The position numbers were made by a program, and so were the translations under genes. Of a stretch of DNA of 32,000 bases, positions 6,918-13,100 are shown in pieces. This stretch comes from Planctopirus limnophila DSM 3776 (GTDB lineage Bacteria; Planctomycetota; Planctomycetia; Planctomycetales; Planctomycetaceae). Below the pieces are notes generated by a model. It worked only from the letters and a program-made list of their open reading frames with translations. It was not told where the DNA came from and ran no database searches. The stretch spans positions 3,930,001 through 3,962,000 of the forward strand of contig NC_014148.1 in assembly GCF_000092105.1 (NCBI RefSeq), read 5' to 3'. Within the stretch, counting starts at the first letter, position 1. Each line of letters begins with the position of its first letter.

Positions 6918-8396
6918 ATGAGTTTTTCGGAACAGCTGATCGAACATATCCGGGCCGCCTTCAGCGGAATCTGGATTCAGTCCCCTGAAGTGGAAGAAGT
7001 CGAGCGGACACTCATCCGCCTCGCACCCTCCCAGTCCTGGAACCTGGCCGTCTGGGATCTGGCGCAAGGGTTCTGGCGCATGGGGGGTACTGCCAGCCCT
7101 GAGGTCGCCGATCCTCTCTCAGCTCTCAAGGCGTTTGCCACCCTGCGAGATCACGAGACGGCTTCAGCGACTCTGCTGGTCCTGCCAAACTTTCACCGCT
7201 TCCTCCAAAGCCCCGAGATCATCCAGCAACTGGTATCACTCCTCAAGCTGGGGAAGCGGGAGCGGATGTTTGTGGTGATCGTTTCCCCGGTCCTTCAACT
7301 CCCCGTGGAGCTGACCCGGCAGTTTGTGGTACTGGAGTTTCCCCTTCCTGCGGCTGTTGAACTGGGTGAGATTGCCCGGGAACTGGTTTCGGATACTCCC
7401 GATCTCCTTCCCACAGGCCCCGCCTGGAATCAGCTTCTTGATGCGGCAGCGGGATTAACCCGCATTGAAGCCGAAGGGGCGTTCGCTCTCTCACTCACCC
7501 GGCATGGGAACTTCCAGCCCGAAGTGATCTGGGAACTCAAGGCCCAGCTCCTTCGCCAGCAGAACCTCCTGCGGCTTCACCGGGGAAACGAGTCATTCGC
7601 GAATCTCGGGGGACTGGCGTCGTTAAAAACCTTTTGCCGCCAGGCCCTGCGGCCTGGGCGATCAGCCTCGACAGTGAAAGCCCGTGGCGTGTTGCTCCTC
7701 TCGCCGCCTGGTTGTGGAAAGTCGGCTTTCTGCCGGGCGCTGGGGAATGAGACCGGGCGACCAGTCCTCACGCTCGATCTGGGAGCCGTGCTGGGCGGGA
7801 TTGTGGGGGAGACAGAACGCAACATCCGTCAGGCCCTGCAGGTCGTCGATGCCATGGCTCCCTGTGTGCTGTTTGTCGATGAACTCGAGAAAGGACTCGC
7901 AGGAGTCGGTGGAACTGGCGATGCCGGGGTCGCCACCCGGCTGTTTGGGACACTCCTCACCTGGCTCTCCGACCACACGAGCGATGTGTTCTTCGTGGGG
8001 ACTGCCAACCACATCCAGCACCTCCCGCCCGAGTTCACTCGTGCGGAGCGACTCGATGGGATCTTCTTCGTCGATCTCCCCACCAAAGCCCAGCGGCATG
8101 AGATCTGGACGCTCTACCGAAGGCAGTACGACATCAGTGCCAGTGAGCCGATTCCTGCTGACGATGGCTGGACGGGTGCCGAGATTAAGTCCTGCTGCCG
8201 ACTCTCGGCTTTGCTGGGGATTTCCCTCACAGAAGCGGCCCAGCAGGTCGTCCCGGTTTCGAAGACGTCTGCTGAGGTGATCGAACAGCTGCGACAATGG
8301 GCCCATGGGCGTTGCCTCTCGGCCGATCAGGCCGGGATTTATACCCACACCCCGGCTGCCACCTCCCGGCGGAAGGTGACGCCTTCCACCAACTGA
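6918..8396 (+). CDS. Ycf46-like AAA+ ATPase (classic-clade AAA)
   Basis: ATG at 6918 is preceded by GGAG (6908-6911); 6906 is an alternative start. Walker A LLLSPPGCGKS, Walker B CVLFVDELEK, sensor-1 GTAN and the arginine-finger region FTRAERLD are present. The N-terminal MSFSEQLIEHIRAAFSGIWIQSPEVEEVER and the roughly 490 aa length resemble cyanobacterial/plastid Ycf46. Confidence 0.85.
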   Translation: MSFSEQLIEHIRAAFSGIWIQSPEVEEVERTLIRLAPSQSWNLAVWDLAQGFWRMGGTASPEVADPLSALKAFATLRDHETASATLLVLPNFHRFLQSPEIIQQLVSLLKLGKRERMFVVIVSPVLQLPVELTRQFVVLEFPLPAAVELGEIARELVSDTPDLLPTGPAWNQLLDAAAGLTRIEAEGAFALSLTRHGNFQPEVIWELKAQLLRQQNLLRLHRGNESFANLGGLASLKTFCRQALRPGRSASTVKARGVLLLSPPGCGKSAFCRALGNETGRPVLTLDLGAVLGGIVGETERNIRQALQVVDAMAPCVLFVDELEKGLAGVGGTGDAGVATRLFGTLLTWLSDHTSDVFFVGTANHIQHLPPEFTRAERLDGIFFVDLPTKAQRHEIWTLYRRQYDISASEPIPADDGWTGAEIKSCCRLSALLGISLTEAAQQVVPVSKTSAEVIEQLRQWAHGRCLSADQAGIYTHTPAATSRRKVTPSTN

Positions 8397-8437
8397 ACTT
8401 TTTTCCGCTGAATGTTTTTTCCCTTGGAGATCTTCCC

Positions 8438-8692
8438 ATGCGTCGTGCCCGCGAACTCTCGCTCCCCGAACTCCAGCAACTCGTCACAGCGATTCAGGAG
8501 ATTCTCTATCGCGACGAGGATGAGCAAGGCATGCCGTTCTGGAACCCAGAGCGTACCTGGGAGGGAGCCGACGTCTGTGAAGAACTGGGCCAGCTCATGA
8601 CGCACTACGAACTTGTTCCCCTGGATTCAGATACCAACCTTCCCCTCCTGAAAGGAGATATTCCTGATGACACTATTGGCCACCGAATCTGA
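8438..8692 (+). CDS. hypothetical small acidic protein (84 aa)
   Basis: ATG at 8438 preceded by GGAGA (8426-8430): MRRARELSLPELQQLVTAIQEILYRDEDEQGMPFWNPERTWEGADVCEELGQLM... Its 3' end overlaps the next start by 26 nt. Confidence 0.5.
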   Translation: MRRARELSLPELQQLVTAIQEILYRDEDEQGMPFWNPERTWEGADVCEELGQLMTHYELVPLDSDTNLPLLKGDIPDDTIGHRI

Positions 8693-9635
8693 GACAGACA
8701 CTTCGACTCCCGCTTCCCGCCCTCTGGCGCGGGAACTCCGCGAACTGACGACGGCGGTACGCGTCAGCTTTCACTGGCTGGGCACCAGCCGGACACTGAC
8801 TCACAGCCAGAAGGCTCAGGCCGCTGAACCCTTTGGAGCGGCTGAGAAATTCCTGTCAGCGGGTAAGAAGCTCTTTGACACGAGTGCTCCTGCTTACCGG
8901 AATGTGACCGCCGTCCGCAGCAAGATCATCCAGTACTGGAAAAGCACTTCACTCCCGTTCCCTGAACCCGGCTTGCGGCTGATCCGCAAGGAACGGATCA
9001 ATACTTTCGATGCTCAACTGGAAGCATTCCGTGAAGAACTCGATCGGGCAGTGCGGGAACTGGATGCCGAGTTCGACGATCTCAAGCGGCAGGCCCGGCA
9101 GCGGCTGGGTTCGCTGTTTGATCCCAGTGATTATCCCACCGCTTTGAGACACGAGTTTGGGGTGGAATGGGATTATCCCAGTGTTGCCCCGCCCGAACAC
9201 CTCCAATCGATCGCCCCCGAGCTTTATGAGCGGGAATGCGCCCGGGTCTCGGCCCGGTTCGAGGAAGCGATCCAATTGGCAGAGACGGCCTTTCTGGATG
9301 AATTTAATAGCCTGGTGTCGCATCTGTGCGAACGGATCTCTGGCAGTGGGGATCAAGCCCCAAAAGTGTTCCGGGATTCGGCTGTCTCCCGGCTGCATGA
9401 GTTCTTCCAGCGGTTCAAAGAACTCCAGATTGGTTCTCACGACCAGCTCGAAACGCTCGTTGAGCAGGCTCAAGGGCTGCTGAAAGGGGTGTCTCCGCAG
9501 GCGCTGCGGGATCAACCCAGCCTGCGGCAACAGCTCTCCCGGCAGATGGGAGCGGTTCAGTCGCAGCTCGATCAACTCCTTGTTGATCGACCCCGCCGCT
9601 CCATCGTTCGTCCTCGATCTTCCGAGGAGGCCTGA
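8667..9635 (+). CDS. hypothetical alpha-helical protein, possibly DUF3150-like
   Basis: 322 aa. ATG at 8667 preceded by AAGGAG (8652-8657). The pattern VRVSFHWLGTSRTL...GKKLFD...RSKIIQYW...RLIRKERINTFDAQLEAFREELDRAVRELDAEFDDLKRQA...LFDPSDYP loosely matches my memory of DUF3150 proteins from plasmids and ICEs. Not verified. Confidence 0.6.
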   Translation: MTLLATESETDTSTPASRPLARELRELTTAVRVSFHWLGTSRTLTHSQKAQAAEPFGAAEKFLSAGKKLFDTSAPAYRNVTAVRSKIIQYWKSTSLPFPEPGLRLIRKERINTFDAQLEAFREELDRAVRELDAEFDDLKRQARQRLGSLFDPSDYPTALRHEFGVEWDYPSVAPPEHLQSIAPELYERECARVSARFEEAIQLAETAFLDEFNSLVSHLCERISGSGDQAPKVFRDSAVSRLHEFFQRFKELQIGSHDQLETLVEQAQGLLKGVSPQALRDQPSLRQQLSRQMGAVQSQLDQLLVDRPRRSIVRPRSSEEA

Positions 9636-9636
9636 T

Positions 9637-9888
9637 ATGGATCTGCGCACCACGGACCTGCTGGTTCAACCCGATGGTTCAGTGACGACCCTCTACACGG
9701 AAGTGATCGATCTGGCGGCTCTGGGCCTCTTGCAGATCGAACGGGCCAGTGATGTCGAACCTGACAGCACGGGCCACTGGTGGGCCCAGTTGCGGGAAGG
9801 GCCGAAGCTGGGGCCGTTTGATCGGCGGAACCAGGCCCTGCAGGCCGAAGTCGACTGGCTGCTGGAGCATCGCCTCCTGAAGCACTGA
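9637..9888 (+). CDS. hypothetical small protein (83 aa)
   Basis: ATG at 9637, 1 nt after the upstream stop and preceded by GAGGAGG (9624-9630): MDLRTTDLLVQPDGSVTTLYTEVIDLAALGLLQIERASDVEPDSTGHWWAQL... Confidence 0.5.
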   Translation: MDLRTTDLLVQPDGSVTTLYTEVIDLAALGLLQIERASDVEPDSTGHWWAQLREGPKLGPFDRRNQALQAEVDWLLEHRLLKH

Positions 9889-9914
9889 ATTCTTCCTTCT
9901 CAAAGACGGTTCTT

Positions 9915-9969
9915 CACTCCCCGGTTCTCGCGGCTGTTTCGGCAGCGTGAGAGACGGGGAGTTTTTTTG
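9915..9969 (+). terminator. intrinsic terminator (long imperfect hairpin plus T7)
   Basis: actcccc (9916-9922) pairs with ggggagt (9956-9962), with partial internal pairing. A run of seven T follows immediately. Confidence 0.5.
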
Positions 9970-10011
9970 TTGGCTGAAACAACACTGCTTCTCGAAAGGA
10001 GCCTCTCCCTC

Positions 10012-10194
10012 ATGACTCGACATGAACTCGAACGAGCTATTTCTGAAACGACGGGCGATGACCTCGCGGTGATCCATCAGCGAGGGTTCGAACTGATTGA
10101 TCTTTCGCCACCTCTGGCCGACGACGAACTGCTGGATCTCTACCTCGACTGGGATGCCCTTCACCTGTCAGTCGCTGGCTGTCGTAACGGCTGA
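10012..10194 (+). CDS. hypothetical small acidic protein (60 aa)
   Basis: ATG at 10012 preceded by AAGGAG (9996-10001): MTRHELERAISETTGDDLAVIHQRGFELIDLSPPLADDELLDLYLDWDAL... Confidence 0.4.
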   Translation: MTRHELERAISETTGDDLAVIHQRGFELIDLSPPLADDELLDLYLDWDALHLSVAGCRNG

Positions 10195-10304
10195 ACTCGA
10201 ACAACCTGTCGATCACCTGAACCGACCTGCTCTCACTCTGACACAGTGGGGGCGGGTGTTTGTGTTTCTCATCCTGCTTAATCTCTTCCCTCGAAAGGTG
10301 TTCC

Positions 10305-11552
10305 ATGCTGCTCTTCACACGCGGCGAAGCCCGCCGGGTATTGGCAGTGCTTCGTAAAGCGGGACTGGTCAACTTCTCCCGCCGCATTCAACCCCCAATC
10401 ACACTGGTGCAAGCCGGATCGCAGTTGCGAATCCTCTGTGCCACGAAAGACTGCTGGGGCCTTTGGGAACGCGAACCTGGCTCTCACGAAACCCGCTCCA
10501 GCACACCCTCAGAACCTGTCACCCGCGTCACTGTCTCGGCGGAACTCCTGCGGGAATGTCAGGGGTCTGATGCCGAGGTCGTCACACTGGAAATCGATCA
10601 GGACATCGTGAAGGCAAGTTGGTCTGTTTCGGGATTTGCGGTCGAGCGGGAGTTTCCGGTGTTCGATGCCCCCGACGAGCATCTCTTCCAGCATCCCCGG
10701 GAATACTTCTCGTGTCCGCCAGAGTTCCTGAGTGCCTTGCGGCAGGTGATGGCAGTCCGAGACAGTGCCAGCACGCGGTATGCCCTCAACTGCGTTCAGC
10801 TAAGTGGCTCCCGTCAGCAGCTGGCGGGGACCGATAGCCAAAAACTCTTGATTCACCGGGGAATTCAGCTCCCGTGGCCTGAGGATCTCCTTGTGCAGGG
10901 TACAGATCTGCTCGAAGCTCTTGAGTTGCAGCGAGTCAAAACGGTGCGAATGGGCCGGACAGAACACGATCTCGTGCTGCAATTGGGGCACTGGACAGTC
11001 GGGCTCAAGCTCAACACGGAGTCCCACTATCCGCCGGTGGATCGTGTGGTGCCGTGGCTCTCTGACGACGCGACACGGCTGGAACTCCATCCGCTCGATG
11101 CCACCCGGCTGGAGGAACTGCTGCACCGGATGCTCGAAACCTGTTCCAGCCGATTGCCCACCATGCATCAGCCGCTGACAGTCGATCTTACGGGCGATGT
11201 CCCGATCGTCCGTTGCCGCACGAATCACTCTCCCCGGGCCACGGAAATCCGCCTGAGCCGTTCCTCACGCCATGGCCTGCCCGGAAAGGTCTGTCTGGAA
11301 ACCCGGTTCCTGGTATCGGCCCTCGAAATGGGATTCCAACAACTGGCATTCCACAAAAGTGACTCGCCTGTGCGGCTGGACCAGCACCAGCGGATCTACA
11401 TCCTCATGCCACTCGACCCCGACAGCTTGATCCCACCGGGTGACGATCATGTGATCACCACCGGTCCGGAAGCGGAGGAGGTGGATCGAGCCCCTGTGTT
11501 CGATCAGAAACAGGAATCACCCCTCCGCCGTACAGAACTGGCAATCGCTTAA
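10305..11552 (+). CDS. divergent DNA polymerase III beta sliding-clamp (DnaN)-like protein
   Basis: 415 aa from the ATG at 10305. RYALNCVQLSGSRQQLAGTDSQKLLIH parallels the DnaN RYYLNG...ATDGHRLA motif. HYPPVDRVVP parallels GRFPDYRRVLP. VCLETRFLVSALEMG parallels IGFNVSYVLDVLNAL, and the C-terminal RIYILMPLDP parallels AYVVMPMRL. These are comparisons with recalled E. coli DnaN segments, in the same order and with similar spacing. Confidence 0.65.
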   Translation: MLLFTRGEARRVLAVLRKAGLVNFSRRIQPPITLVQAGSQLRILCATKDCWGLWEREPGSHETRSSTPSEPVTRVTVSAELLRECQGSDAEVVTLEIDQDIVKASWSVSGFAVEREFPVFDAPDEHLFQHPREYFSCPPEFLSALRQVMAVRDSASTRYALNCVQLSGSRQQLAGTDSQKLLIHRGIQLPWPEDLLVQGTDLLEALELQRVKTVRMGRTEHDLVLQLGHWTVGLKLNTESHYPPVDRVVPWLSDDATRLELHPLDATRLEELLHRMLETCSSRLPTMHQPLTVDLTGDVPIVRCRTNHSPRATEIRLSRSSRHGLPGKVCLETRFLVSALEMGFQQLAFHKSDSPVRLDQHQRIYILMPLDPDSLIPPGDDHVITTGPEAEEVDRAPVFDQKQESPLRRTELAIA

Positions 11553-11602
11553 ATCAATCGCTGCTGCAGATCGTCCACTACACAGTCACACCTGCTCAGG
11601 TC

Positions 11603-11641
11603 GCAGAGGGATCCCTCTGCGGCCCGGGCTGGTTTCTTTTT
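11603..11641 (+). terminator. terminator candidate: perfect 18-nt palindrome, a second GC palindrome, then a T tract
   Basis: gcagagggatccctctgc (11603-11620), then ggcccgggc, then ggtttcttttt. Confidence 0.4.
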
Positions 11642-11649
11642 AGCTGTCA

Positions 11650-12410
11650 GTGAGTTGCTCTGGAAGGCTCTTACAACCGCTGGAATCGGCTTGAGGTGCC
11701 AATACAAATCAGGGTCTTACCAAAATCCACGTGTTGAATGTCATCAAGGCACAAAAATTTGGAATCAGGCTAAATGGTCGATGATGAATCTCCTGTGCAT
11801 GGTCCCGTTGAAGATTGGGCTTCTGCAGAAGATGAAATCATAAAAGGGTTCATCTCGTCCCACTTCAATGAGTTAAGATCGAGATTCTCAGGGTTTCGCG
11901 CGCGAGTTCTCCATGACGAATTGTCGTTTGCCTTAAGGAGACAGGTTGCACGCAAACTGGCAATCTTCGCCAACCAGCGTTACTGATTTTGAACGAGGCC
12001 TCAGGAAGACCTCGGAAGCGTCCACGAACGTTGTATGCTGACGCAGGCTACAACAGTGAAGCTGCTCGCCAGGCACTCCAAGGTCGCGGCATCATCCCCC
12101 ACATACGCTGCAGAAACACCGCCCACGGAGGTAGACTGGGAAAAATTCCTGTGAAGTCACAAGACAGAGGTGGTGGAACGTACCATTAGTTGGCACGGCG
12201 GGCTGGGCATTTTCCGCATTCGCTACGACCGGCATCAGCAAATCATCCACGCCTGGAACCACCTGGCACTCGCTGCCCTCTGTTATTGCGTGCTGATCAG
12301 GACACCAACCCAAACTTTTAATCAACAAAGCGGTTTTTGTCAGGCTCTAAGAGTGAACTGCTGCTATTCGACAAAACAGCACAATACCCCCAAAAGTCGA
12401 AATACCTAAG
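11650..12410 (+). mobile_element. decayed IS5-family insertion sequence remnant (copy A)
   Basis: AT-richer stretch with broken ORFs. The C-terminal transposase portion is recognisable (see the pseudogene 11989..12409). The upstream part is only weakly transposase-like, and no clear terminal inverted repeats were identified. Confidence 0.4.
11989..12409 (+). pseudogene. IS5-family DDE transposase, C-terminal portion, frameshifted and N-terminally truncated
   Basis: Two frames: ...GRPRKRPRTLYADAGYNSEAARQALQGRGIIPHIRCRNTAHGGRLGK... then ...VERTISWHGGLGIFRIRYDRHQQIIHAWNHLALAALCYCVLI. This matches the ADxGYDS...GIxPxI...ERxxSWL...RYE/D pattern of IS5-family transposases. There is a 1-nt indel relative to copy B near 12150-12175. 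Confidence 0.7.
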
Positions 12411-12413
12411 CCC

Positions 12414-13100
12414 TCATTGAATACGATTTAGCGTAGGTACTCTTCCTTGCTCATTTCTCTGAAGTTGGCGGACTTCTGCGAGCACTCGATGTGTAATCGT
12501 AAGTTGCAGCAGTTCTGCCAGGCTTTGAACTTTGAGTTTTCTCATCAGGCGCTGACGACGCAGTTCAATGGCTCGTTCAGAGATAAACAGTCTGGTAGCC
12601 ATACCTTTATTGCTTTCTCCCTGCAGGATGAGATCCAGCGTCTCGATATCTGTCGCACTCAATTCTTGAACGGCGGTTTCGAGCCGCTCGAATCGCGACT
12701 CACTTTGCCGCCATGCTGCATCCAGTTCGAGGGCTTGAGCGACGAGCTTTAATAGTCGCTGCGACTCAAATGGCTTCTCCAGAAATTCTATAGCTCCTGA
12801 TTTCATGGCCGTGACCGCGATTTCGACGCTCGCATGTGCTGTCATGAAAATCACCGGCAGACGTCGGCCTTGTAGCAGGAGCTGTTGATAGAGTTCCAGG
12901 CCCCCAATTCCCGGCATGCGGATATCTAACAGCAAACAGCCGGGTTGTGTCTGTTGATACTTCGAAGCGAAATCATCTCCGCTGACGAAACTACGCACTA
13001 CATACCCCGAAGCGCGGAGCAACGTCACAACGGAATCGCGCAGATCCTCGTCGTCGTCAACGACAAAAACTGTGGGCGACATTACTGGGGGAATTGTCAT
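12414..13100 (-). CDS. FixJ/NarL-type response regulator (REC plus LuxR-type HTH)
   Basis: TVFVVDDDEDLRDSV...LLLDIRMPGIGGLELYQQL...PVIFMTAHASVEIAVTAMKSGAIEFLEKPF (REC), and LSATDIETLDLILQGESNKGMATRLFISERAIELRRQRLMRKLKVQSLAELLQL (LuxR/FixJ HTH). The start is at ATG 13100 or 13082; both overlap the 3' end of the kinase gene. Confidence 0.85.
   Translation of the reverse strand: MTIPPVMSPTVFVVDDDEDLRDSVVTLLRASGYVVRSFVSGDDFASKYQQTQPGCLLLDIRMPGIGGLELYQQLLLQGRRLPVIFMTAHASVEIAVTAMKSGAIEFLEKPFESQRLLKLVAQALELDAAWRQSESRFERLETAVQELSATDIETLDLILQGESNKGMATRLFISERAIELRRQRLMRKLKVQSLAELLQLTITHRVLAEVRQLQRNEQGRVPTLNRIQ

Noticed and set aside
7662-8348. 228-aa minus-strand and 198-aa plus-strand (7684..8280) ORFs inside the AAA+ gene
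   Set aside because: Both overlap the ATPase frame, which carries Walker A/B and sensor motifs. Both are low-complexity shadow frames.
8949-9653. 234-aa minus-strand ORF
   Set aside because: It is antisense to the 8667..9635 gene, which has an SD-preceded start and coupling to its neighbours. The antisense ORF has no independent support.
10800-11228. 142-aa minus-strand ORF inside the clamp-like gene
   Set aside because: It is an antisense shadow of a frame that has ordered DnaN-like motifs.
5500-11641. Assigning the cassette to a named anti-phage defence system
   Set aside because: I could not recognise a nuclease, a NADase/TIR, a cyclase, a methylase or any other signature component of the defence systems I know. 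The AAA+ ATPase is of the Ycf46/classic type rather than an ABC/KAP/STAND type. Defence remains only one hypothesis among several.
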